Origin: the human T2T-CHM13v2.0 reference genome, Homo sapiens
Length of the DNA stretch: 64,000 nt
Assembly: GCF_009914755.1 (NCBI RefSeq)
Contig: NC_060934.1
Direction: 5' to 3' (one strand)
The first letter of the stretch is position 1; each line of letters starts with the position of its first letter. The notes beneath the pieces are model-generated. The model ran no database searches. It was not told the DNA's origin and was given only the letters and a program-made list of their open reading frames with translations. This document shows positions 30,826 to 42,155 of the stretch, piece after piece. A program made the translations under genes and the position numbers.

Positions 30826-32461
30826 AAGTTGGTACTAGAAGTAGGGAACTACCGTGATAAAAATAATATTCTACAGCATATAAGACAAACTCCCCCACCA
30901 AGAACAACTAGAGAAACTGGATGACATAAAAATACAAAAGACACCAAAAAGCTAATAAACCAAGACTTGCAAAGATAAGATCACAGAGAGAAGGGAAATG
31001 TATTTTGTTGAGCCCAACATTCTGCACTGCATTTCCCTCAAGGACTTTGTAAGCAGTTTGGGCCGAGAGGCTGTCATTAGCTGGAACAGGGTCAGAAAGC
31101 TAAATACTAAGGAGAAAAAGAATGAGGGAAATGTTCTATATCTTGATTGTGGTGGTGGTTATGCAACTGCATACATGGGTCACAACTCATCAAACTGCAC
31201 ATCTTAGAAGGGTGAATTTTACTGTATATAAACTATTCCTCAATAAACATATCTTTTACAAAAGAGTTCTATTGGTTTCTCTAATTATTAGAGAAATGAA
31301 AATTAGATGAGATTAACTTTTTTCACCTCTTAAATTGGTAAGAATTTAAATACTGATAATTTCCAAGAGCTTTGCTTTCACAACTGTAAGATTATGGGCA
31401 AAGATGAAATCTCATAGACAGTATGAATATCAATCGGTATAAACTCTTTATAAGGCAATTTGGCAAAATGTATCAAAATTTGAAAGATGCATTTCTTTGA
31501 ACTTGGGATCTTTGTTTTCAGAGGAAAACTGAATGTGTTATTTTGTTTATATAACACTGCATACAGATCAAAGCTGGTGGAACAAGTTATTGGTTAAAGT
31601 TATTAAAGAAACTCATACATTGTCTACAAATTCGTGCTTCTCAGTAAGCTACAGGTATTACCCCTGGAGTTCACAGCGCAAAGTAATTTTTTGATGACAT
31701 TTTACTGAGAATTTAGTAAGGTCTTAAATCCTATGCTTTCCTTGACAGATAATACAGCATTTATATTTTTAATACAGTTGCCACCTAGCTAATGCTTGAA
31801 AAAGTGGGGGTTCCCATCACAGGTCATATTGAAAGCATAAACAATTTAAATATAAAATTGCATATCACCTCTAATATATGTTGATGACTGGGTTTTATGC
31901 AGATGACACACTGTGTATTGGCCAGCCAACAAACATTGACACTTAATCTCCATATTTTGAGCATTTGTAATTAGAGCAAAAAACAAAACAAAACAAAATA
32001 CATTACTTGCAGATAAAATTATCATGAGGCTTTTAAGAGAAAAGTATAAATTAGGAAAATCCCCCTAAGTCACAGATGAAGGTAGCTAAAGTTGTAGAGG
32101 AATCTTTGTCCAGAAGTCATATTCCATACTTCCTTATTACCTCATCAAAAATTAAGATTAAATATATTGCTCTTTAATAAAAATCTAATTTGCTTAGATT
32201 CTAACATGAACTAATAATGTTTTCCCAAACTGGTTTTCCTACTCAATTCTATCTAGGCTTCACGTCCATTCTATTAGTTTTTAACATGCATAAATATTAA
32301 GTATTTACCATGCTGTCATGATAGGGCCATAGTAGAAATGGAGGATTCAGAGGTAAACAAGAGTCAGACATTGGGCTGCCTGCATTGCAGGCCACGCTGA
32401 GGAATGGGAATCTATGGATAATAAGAGAATAATGGCATTAAGCAGGGCAGTTAGAGTTGTA

Positions 32462-32898
32462 CAGTTGACCCTTGAACAAGACGAGTTTCAACTATGCTGT
32501 TCCATTTACACTTGGATTTTCTTCCTGAGACAACAAGACCAACCCCTCCTTCTTCTCCTCCTCCTCAGCCTAATCAACATGAAAAAAACAGGCTGAAGAC
32601 CTTTATGATAATTCAGTTCCACTTAAGGAATAGTAAACATATTTTCTCTTCCTTATGGTTTTCTTAATTACAGTTTTTATCTAGCTTCCTTTATTGTAAG
32701 AATACAGTGCGTAATGCATATAACATCCAAAATATGTGTTAATCAATGATTTATGTTATTGATAAGGCTACCAACAACAGTAGCCTATTAGCAGTTAAGT
32801 TTTGAGAGAGTCAAAAGTTATATGTAAATTTTAAACTATGTGATCGGTAAACTATGGGGATCGGCACCCCAATCCCCATGTTGCTCAAGAATCAACTG
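32462..32898. mobile_element. Tigger2a/MER28 TcMar DNA transposon (non-autonomous)
   Basis: TIRs cagttgacccttgaacaa / ttgctcaagaatcaactg with TA target duplication on both sides. Confidence 0.9.
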
Positions 32899-34430
32899 TA
32901 TTTCCATATTTGAAGAAATCAAATCTCTGCTGGTATGAAGCATGGATCCAAGGAGGTTATGTGAAAGGCAGGAAGATGAGTTAGGAGTTTTTAGTAAAGT
33001 ACGCATACAAAGCATGAAGAGAACGTACTGCAGAGTCCTGAAAAGGTGAGTGAGAAGGAGAATGGAGGGAGGGCAGGACAGAGTGGCAGTGGCTAAAGGA
33101 AGGTGGCAGAGCAAGAAGGAGCCTAGGACTTTGGAGCTGTGACACCATCCAGCCATCACTGTGACCTGGGCAATGCCAGCTGATCCTACTCCCTTTTTGC
33201 TCAGCCTGAAGACCGTAGTGGAAGAGTGAAGTTCCTGGACCTGCCCTGGAAAAAGAATATTAGGTAGAGATGAGCTCACTGAAGTTACTTAATTAAAATG
33301 TTTAAGATAAAAAGCCACACTGAACCAACCTAGAGCAGCTGCAATCTAAATTTTCTAATTTCAGAAAGTATGTGGGAAGAAATGATGAGTAATAGTTCTA
33401 CTAAGGCCTAAATTGCTTCCTGAATAGCCCCGATTTGGCAACATATGAATTGTCCAAAGAAGCCAGTAAATTAACTTTCAGATTTCCCATGACCTATTAC
33501 AAAAATATACTCAAGTAACTGAGGTTGTTGTATCTGTATACAGAATTATAGTAACCTAGATACCTACTGTGCAATTGTCTCTTAGGAGAGTATAAAATAG
33601 CATTACGGTGAAGAATTAATTTTGAGGGTGATTCTGCAATTTCTAGCCTATATAAATCACATGACTTCTCTGCACTTGGACTGGCACATAATGTTAACCA
33701 TCATGGGAGAAAAGGAAATAGAATGAATGAAAGTAGGACACACAACATCAATGAAGGGTTACTTTTGGTGATGTATTCCATAATGAACTATTTCAGGAAG
33801 AACCACAGACAGCATCAGCTCAGGCTCCCAAAAGCTTTAATGTTTTTGAACTTTTCACTATATGTGGTTCCACATTTTGGATTTCACTCAGGCTGCAAAC
33901 AAACACCTAATCTTTCTCAACACATTCCCAAATGTAATTACATGGTTACTTTAGCTACAACATTCAGATTGATCATAACAGAAATATATCTTGCACCTAT
34001 ACAGTGTACTTCCACCTATACTACTGAATAGTTCACAGGAAAGTCTATCTGATTATATATATAGTAGGCCTTATGCTAGCTTACAACTCAACGGACACAG
34101 CAGCTTCCTAGGTAGGTATCTCAGTTTAATCCCATGAACTCTCAAATTTCTATCAGTTTTACAAACTGGTCTCTAGACTTCTTAACTTACATCTAATCTT
34201 TGGGCAAACACTTTAACTAAACAGATATATCAAAAAGGACATGAGATGTTAATATCCACGTGTCCATTAGTACACTGACTACTTCACAACCACCAACAAT
34301 TCCTTCATCTGGGAGCTTGAAGTCTCCTGCCCATAGCTAGTATATCATTCAGAATGTTTTAACAGGGCCTTGAAAAACAAGTGAAATTAAATTTCAATCC
34401 TCATAAAAATAATAGTTCTTCAAAACTGCA

Positions 34431-34436
34431 TTTATT
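34431..34436 (-). promoter_or_regulatory. Candidate polyadenylation signal AATAAA
   Basis: tttatt on plus strand; downstream minus-strand sequence is U-rich (ttatttttatg...cttgtttttc). Confidence 0.4.
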
Positions 34437-34670
34437 TGGATTAAAACATCCCAAAGTTACTCTTTATATTAAAAGCTAGATCTTAAATAAAAGTGAGCAT
34501 ACTATATCCATAGCAGCCAGTCTCCTAATTATGGTATAAGTAAAGTTCCATCTGTGTGGAAAAAAGTTCAAAGCACAAAGTTTTATCTGTGCCAACCTCA
34601 CATCTGTATCTCAGCTAATACAACCACAGGAGATAAGCAGGTCATGGAGAATCTGCCCACAATCTTCATA

Positions 34671-34780
34671 TCAACAAGCTCTGGAACATCTGCCCCCTCC
34701 AGAAATATTTATATCCAGAAGGTATATTTATATCCAGACGGTATATTTCTGGAGGAGGCAGATGTTCCTGAGCTTGTTGA
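34671..34780. repeat. 38-bp-stem hairpin with a 19-bp tandem duplication in the loop (pre-miRNA-like)
   Basis: Arms 34671-34708 and 34743-34780 pair at 36/38 positions. Confidence 0.95.
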
Positions 34781-36168
34781 CCCACACTATCCCACTGGGC
34801 AACAACTCTGCAATTTCTCCTAAAGTCATGGTTATTCAACTTAACATGTACTTTTACATTTGTATGTTCTTCAAATAAATTGCCTACATTCACACCAGGG
34901 ATGATATCCCCCAACATTGAGCATATAAGTCTTCTAGACCAATAAGATTATTATGGAGAAAGAAGCTATTCAACACCTGTTTTTCTCATGAGTCACATAA
35001 GGCAACAACCTGAGGTCAAAGAAATGGAGAATAATTGAACTCAAAGGCATCTAAGGAATTAAAATTCTACATAGCAAAATCCTTCCATTACAGAAGTACA
35101 GCAGGTAAGAAGTTATAATGGACACCTATAGCCCAAGGCCCACATTTTAATCTGAGGGCTATTTATAACTTTTATAACAGGTCTAGATGTATAGATCTTA
35201 TGCTCTCATAACTCAAAAGATCAAAAGTCCATTCTTGAAACACCAACTATGTGGAAGTACCCCCTTTGAACCATCCAGCCTTCACTTTTCGTGAACCATG
35301 TACAATGCCAAGTCATTTTTGAGATCAAAAAACTCAGTATCTTCTCTAAAGAAACAACCAAGGTTTAAGAAACTGTCTTAGGGGAAAAATGTCTACCAAT
35401 ACATTGAATATTGTCCAATTGAAGGTGTTACAAGATGTACACAAAATTTTATGTTGAAAGTCAGCCCACAGACCTGATGATACCTGAGCATATTGTTGTA
35501 GGCAGTTAACATTCATCATGTGGAATGCAGTCTGCTATAAGACTTGGTTACCAGCTGCCTCACTGTGTACCCTGAGTCCGATGTCCCATCATACTTAACT
35601 CTGTGTCTAATGCTTGGGCTTTCCCAATATTTTTTAAGTCAAGTCACTACAAAATCTTAACAAGAGGAAAAAATAGAATGATCGTTTTTTGAATTTTAAA
35701 GCTTTAAGTGAAACAGTGTATACGTAAAGAAAGGAAACAAGATTTAAGTATTAAACTGCTTTGGGCTGCATCAGGCCAGTTGTTTCTGATACTCTCTGCT
35801 TTGTCTTTGTCTTCCTCGAAAATGCCTTCCTGCTGTGAAGTTGGCATCTAAAGTCTAAAGACAACAAGAAAAATGGTACCCTTTCTGTACAACACATGCA
35901 ATAAAATACCACAAAGCTTTTCTTATTAAACACATCTCTAGAGCCTACTTTCTCACTCATAGTACTTAGAATTAGGCGGAAGAAAGAGCTGGAATGTAGC
36001 CAGAGGCAGAAAGCAATGGGGGCTGTCACCCACTGCAATGCTTGCCAGTGGATATTAAAAATAAACAGGATTATTGTAGATAGCCAAGTTTAAAGTCAAA
36101 ACATTGACTTGAGGCTTTGCATCTTAAGTGGGAAGAAATATGACAAATCCTGGGTAGACTGTCGATAT

Positions 36169-36579
36169 TGCTATGGTTTGAATGTTTGTGTACCCTCCAA
36201 AATTCATGTTGAAACTTAACCTACAAGGCAACAGTATTAAGTGGGACCTTTGGGGAAGTAATTAAGTTTATGGGGGCCCCACCCTTGTGAATGGAATTAG
36301 TGTCCCTTATAAAAGAGGCTTCAAAATGCTGCCTGGTCCTTGTGCCCTTCTGCTTTCCACCTTCCACCTTGTGAGGACACAGCATTCGCCTCTTCTGCCA
36401 TGTGGGGATGCAACAGCAGGTGTTATCTTGGAAGTGAAGCTGGCTCTCACCAGAACCAAATCTGCTGGCACCTTGATCTTGGACTTCCCAGCCTCCAGAA
36501 CTATAAGGAATAGATTTCTGTTCCTATAGCATACCCAGTCTCTGATACTTTGTTATATCACCCTAAACAGCCTAAGATA
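36169..36579 (+). mobile_element. MST (C/D-like) MaLR solo LTR
   Basis: tgctatggtttgaatgtttgtg...ttgatcttggacttcccagcctccagaact. Confidence 0.88.
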
Positions 36580-36804
36580 GGCCCAAAACCTTTATTTGAT
36601 AAATTTTTTTGGTACAAAGTCCTTGTTTATAGTTTTATCTGTGGTTCTGTGTGAATATTGATAAATACTAATGTTTTTATTTTATTAATGAAACCTAATT
36701 CAGATCTCCTGAGTTGGTGATTGTGTGATTTATTTGGGCAACCTATCTTTACAACAGATAAAATTGTTTCTTTCTGTTTAATGTTTTCAAGACTTTTTAA
36801 ATGT

Positions 36805-37147
36805 ATTATATTTTAGAGACAGGGTCTTACTCTGTCACCTAGGCTGGAGTGCAGTGGTGCCATCATAGCTCAATGCAGCTTGTATCACTTGGGGCTCAAC
36901 CAATCCTCCCACCTCAGCCTCCCAAATAGCTAGTCTTAGCTAGTCTTAGCTATTTGGGAGGCTGAGGTGGGAGGATTGGCACATGACACCATACTCATCT
37001 AATTAGATTTTTTTTTTTTTTTTTTTTGGTAGAGATGGGCTATCACTGTTTGGCCCAGGCTGATCTCAAACTCCTGATCTCAAGCAATTCCACTGCCTCA
37101 GCCTCCCAAAGCACTGGGATTACAGGCATAAGCCACCATGCCCGGCC
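36805..37147 (-). mobile_element. AluJ containing an internal inverted duplication
   Basis: Antisense AluJ; perfect 33-bp inverted repeat at 36900-36932 / 36947-36979. Confidence 0.93.
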
Positions 37148-37479
37148 TCATATTTACAAAAATTTAAAAGTTATTTCTAAAAATTTAAAAAAGAACTACT
37201 GAGGACCTGAATGAGACAATAGCAATAACATTGGAGAGATGAGGATAAATATTTAGAGATATTTAGAAATTTAAAATCAACAATATTTGTAATAGTAGCT
37301 ATTGGATCATGGTGGAGAGTTTAAAAGAAAAAAAAGCAGGAAACACTACTGATGCCTATGTGTACATCATGTTGCCACCAACCAAATTTGGAGATGTAGA
37401 AGACACAGGCAGAAGATAGAAATTTGAAATATCTGTTGGGTGCTATTTTGATAGTAACAATAATAAAAGCAGTTATCAT

Positions 37480-37700
37480 TGTTACCACTGCCAGTTACCT
37501 ACCATGAGCTAAGTCCTTATTAAGTGTTTTATATGCAGTATTTTATATAAGCCTCATATTTGTCAGCATTTCCATTGTACATATAGGGAAAGTGAAGTAC
37601 TGAAAAGTTTGGTAATTTGCCCCAGGTCACATTGCTAGTGAGTGAGTGACTGAGCCAACATTTATACCCAGGCAGCCTGGATCTAAATTTCATGTTTCAG
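37480..37700 (-). mobile_element. MIR
   Basis: ggtaatttgccccaggtcacattgctagtgag. Confidence 0.7.
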
Positions 37701-40649
37701 ATATAACTTAGAGAGCCCAGAACAATCATTTTATACAACAAAAAGAGAAAAGGACAGAACATGATATACTGATGCCAAAATAAAGAGGTCTGGGGAAACT
37801 AAAAACATCATCAGAAAGAACTTGTCTAAGAACTATTTTATCTAAACCAGGACTGGTTCCAACCTTGATTGAGATTCATAGGAATTTTTGTCAAGCCTGA
37901 ATCTCTGTAGTATTCCTTGTCAGGTTGTCTAACCTTGGCCAGGTTGCTCAATCCCAGCCCTTGTTTATTCACATCTGAGATAAGGACACTGTGCTTCATA
38001 ATCACTAAACTCTCTTTCATTTCTAAACTTCTGATATTCACTAGAAAGAAACTTGCTGAAAATCCTTATGTGAGCAATAATTTGCAAGTTCAGAGAAGGA
38101 GCCTCATAGTGCAGTACAGATTTATAACGAGCAAGAAGGCAAAAGGGTTACTGCCCTAAAGGTGGAATGTTCTTATACCAATATTTAGATTGAAGGAAAC
38201 ATAAAACAAAACTTTTCCTCTTTATCATCTGATGTAAGATAATTACATAAGTTAAAATCTTTAAAAGCTCAATAAATGAATCAAACATTTTAGAAGGAAG
38301 CTTATTCTACTAAACCTGAACATTTCTCCAACAAACCAAGCAACCATCCAGGACCTTGAGAGACCCTCACAAGGAAATTAACATGTTCTTCTTTAGGGCC
38401 AACTCAAGTTTGTATACTTATAAACCTGTTCTTTGGGCCACAACACTTGCTGATGATAATGTAATCGTTTCATATATTCATCCTCTTAGCTCTAAGTGTC
38501 TCAAATCATTTATTTTACCAAAAAAAAACCTATTCCTTCACTCAACAACGTATTTTCATACCTGTGAGTAACATCTTACAAAGAAGGGAAAACCACCTTC
38601 TTCACATTTACCCTGTGCCTATGACTATTCATATTACAATTAATGATTGATAAAAATGACTTGAGCTTTGGCTATAAAATTACTCCATGTGATTCTTTAA
38701 ATCTTAGCTAATTTTGAAGTCCATGTCAAATGATCTCTATAGGCCAACATGGTAATTTATTAATGAATTCTTCTAGGGAGGTTTGTTGTTTTCCTGAGAT
38801 CAGACAGTCAGCAGGAAACCCATGTGTGTGTTTTTAACACTGCTTAGTAATATCTATGTCAGTGTCTCTACGTACCAGAACATGAGCAACCGGGACAATC
38901 CTTTGTCAGATGCTTCTGAGGACCTCCAGGATATAGAGAAATTCATTGTAGTGTTACCGTCATATTAATTGCCAAGAGAGCAGTAAAAAAGTTGAAAAGC
39001 TTTATTTGAAAGAATCATTTCAAAAAGCCATTTGTTCCAGATTAAACACAAAGGATATTTTTAATAAACACTTAGCTGCTCATTAATAATAAAAACAAAG
39101 GATGCTGTTTGTTCTTATTGTTTATGATATTCTTTCATGATTTCTCTGTGGCACTGTAATGGTGGTGGCTTTCGAACAGATGAATATGAGAAGCAAATTC
39201 TCTGAAATAAATTTCAGTTTTGTATCTCTTTGTAACAGAAATTTTAGTCTTCAATTCGTGTCTTTTTGTAAGCTCAAAGAAACACGTGTATTATATTCAT
39301 GTAAGAAACTACATTGCAATAATATTTGAGTCCCTCTTGATGTTTAATAAATGTCAGTACAAAAAGCACAGCTTTTATGGGAAAAAAGCATCTTTTTTTG
39401 CTGTATGGGCTGAGTCCTTAAGGGTCATTAAAATACATAGAAAGTTCTGTCATTTTCTTCCAATATAAGGTTTCACTATGATTGGCATGAGAATGGCTTA
39501 GCATATAAAATGAGAGGTCTCATGGAATGTCAGGACTAGATAAGGTTCAAAAGTCACTCACCCAAAATTTTCAAATTGCCCCTGGTTGAGCACCACTGGC
39601 CTATGTGGATAATTTTGGTATCTTGACACAGGACACCCTATTCAAGATACTGAAGAGTGAGAACACAACTCTTCTGTTTCTCCATGAAAGGTATAAAGAA
39701 AGAAAAGAAAAATACATACTCTCCCTTAATCTTGAGAAAACTTACCACATAGAATTATGTAGGAATAATCACCCTTAAAGCTTCCTTCAAACTCCCTGAA
39801 TAATAAACATCATAAACTGTTTTACGATGAAGTTGAATAAGCAGTGACAATACTGGAATGTCTCACATTCTTACACTGAAATAAATTTTGAAATACTAAT
39901 GATGAAAGCACGATTATCATCACACTGTTACAGTTCATTTTAACATTTAAGTTCCTCAGATACATGGAGTCTGGTATTATCCATATATCTATAAGGCAAA
40001 ATTAATAAATATTTAAGAAAGAAGATGAGAATACAAAACTAATGTACTGAGAATTCTAGTTAAGATGTCTTATGATTTCAAGATACAAAGACCCATGAAG
40101 CCTAGCTTAAGTAAAAAGGAGAATACGGGAAAAAGATAAAGCGATATATCACAGACCCCAAAGGCAAAAAGTGGGGTACAACTCCATAGTGTACTAGAAT
40201 TATAATAAAGTGGAAAGTTATGAGAAATTCAGACACAAACCTCCTTTCCTCTGGAACTACATGAACTCTCTTCCCTACTTCTATTTGTGTACCTATTTCA
40301 TTCCTCTCTATATAAGTGAACTGACTAATTGTGTAGATATGGGGTCAGAAATAGTTACTCAGGTACTAAAACATGTCCTCCCTACTCCAGTGCCTCCAAT
40401 CAATTATCAGAATCCTGTGTCACAATATGCAAATTTTCAGAGAGAAAGTCTAATATGGCCAGTTTAAGCCAACTGTCCATTGATAGTTCAAATACTTATA
40501 GCCAGCCATATAGTATGGTAATATCGTATAGAAATGGACACAAATGGATATCACTCTCAATACACTGGAAAGTTCTCAGAGAAAAAAACAGCATAAGCTA
40601 AAAAAAAGATAGAAGACAAAACATCAAACTGCTTAGGGTGCTAACTCTA

Positions 40650-40855
40650 GCACAACATGAATTTCAAGGCTGTCCCTGTCAGTTACTATGTGACCTTGGA
40701 CAAGTCAGTTAGTCCTCTCTGTGTCACAATTTCCACATCGGTAAAACAAAAATAATCAGAGTACTTATTTCTTAGTGCTGTTTTTTGCATAAATCATATA
40801 TAATACTGAGCACAGTGAAAATGGTAAATGTTCAATGAATGTTGTCTATTACTAA
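40650..40855 (+). mobile_element. MIR
   Basis: tgtgaccttggacaagtcagtt...ctctgtgtcacaatttcc. Confidence 0.75.
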
Positions 40856-40870
40856 AACCATTATACCAAG

Positions 40871-41368
40871 TGTAGTAGGTAAAATCAGACCCTCTTTCCC
40901 CAAATATGACAATGTCTTAACACCCAGAATCTGTAAATGTTAGTTAGGTTACATGGCAAAGGGCAATTAAGGTTGGAGATGGAATTAAGATTACTAGTGA
41001 GTTTACATTAAATAATCCTGGATTATGTGGGTGAGTCCTTAAGAGTAGAACAGGAACTCAGAAGAGAGGGACAGAGATATGACCCTGGAAGTAAGGTCAG
41101 AGAAATGCTACATTGCTGGCTTTGAAGACGGAAAAACAGGAGCTATGAGCCAAGGAATATGAGCAACCTCTAAGAAGTGTCAACAGCAAAGAAACAGACC
41201 CTACCCAGAGCCTACAGAAAGGAATGTAGCCCGGTCAATGGCTTGATTTGAGCTCACTGAGTCCTAGGGCAGACTTTTGACCTACAGAATTGTAACATAA
41301 TAATTTTTTGTTATTTAAGCTGATAAATTTGTGGTAACTTGTTATGACAGCAACGGAAAACTAATAAA
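40871..41368 (+). mobile_element. MLT1D-like solo LTR
   Basis: gttacatggcaaagggcaattaaggttggagatggaattaag...tgctggctttgaagacgg. Confidence 0.85.
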
Positions 41369-41483
41369 CTGAGATTTTTAAATCTTACTCAAATGTTGTT
41401 CAATGATCACCACAATTATAAAATTTCAAGTAAAAATAATTCATAACAATAATAATTCCTGATGTGTTAAAAAAAAAAAAAAA

Positions 41484-42155
41484 AGTCAGGCACAGTGGCT
41501 CACACCTGTAATCCCAGTGCTTTGGAAGGGCAAGGTGGGAGGATTGCCTGAGGCCAAGAGTTCAAGACCAGCCTGGGTGTATTAGTTCCTTTTCATGCTG
41601 CTTATAAAGACATACCTGAGGCTGGGAAGAAAAAGAGGTTTAATGGACTTATAGTTCCATACGGCTGGGGAGGCCTCATAATCATGACAGAAGACAAGGA
41701 GAAGCAAGTCACATCTTACATGAATGGCAGCAGGCAAAGAAAGAGAGAACTTTTTCAGGGGGACCCCTTTTTTTAAAACCATCAGATCTTGTGAGACTTA
41801 TTCACTTGTCATGAGACCAGCACAGGAAAGACCTACCCATGATTCAATTACCTCCTACCAGGTCCCTCCCACAACATGTGGGAATTCAAGATAAGATTCT
41901 GGTGGGGGCACAGTCAAGTCATATCACTGGGCAACGTAGAAAGAACTCATTTCTACAAAAAGAAAATGAAAATACATATTTTAACAGGTGTGATGTCACA
42001 CAACCATAGATCCAGCTACTCAAGAGGCTGAGGCAGAAAAATCGCTTGAGCCCAGGCATTCATGGCTTCAATGAGCTATTACTGCCTGTGCATTCCAGCC
42101 TGGTGGCAGAGTAAGACCCTGTCTCTAAAAAAAATAATAAAAATAAAAATAAAAT
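41484..42155 (+). mobile_element. AluJ split by a THE1 LTR
   Basis: Alu 41484-41577 resumes at 41927; TSD CTGGG. Confidence 0.92.
41578..41926 (-). mobile_element. THE1B-like solo LTR nested in AluJ
   Basis: tgtattagt...atatca; TSD CTGGG at 41573-41577 / 41927-41931. Confidence 0.93.

Larger units (their letters stand above)
34410..35854 (-). other. Candidate terminal exon and 3'UTR of an unidentified minus-strand transcript
   Basis: Acceptor tttttcttgttgtctttag| at 35855 with a tandem AG at 35848; about 1.4 kb free of recognisable repeats; AATAAA at 34436-34431 followed by a U-rich tract. Confidence 0.4.

Noticed and set aside
32836-33279. 147-aa minus-strand ORF
   Set aside because: Runs into Tigger2a, with low-information composition and no homology I recognise
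34554-34917. Overlapping plus and minus ORFs across the hairpin
   Set aside because: Short, with no recognisable homology; the overlap adds nothing beyond the inverted repeat itself
37830-38330. Possible old LTR or DNA transposon fragment
   Set aside because: Could not assign a family or find termini or a TSD by eye; needs a Dfam search
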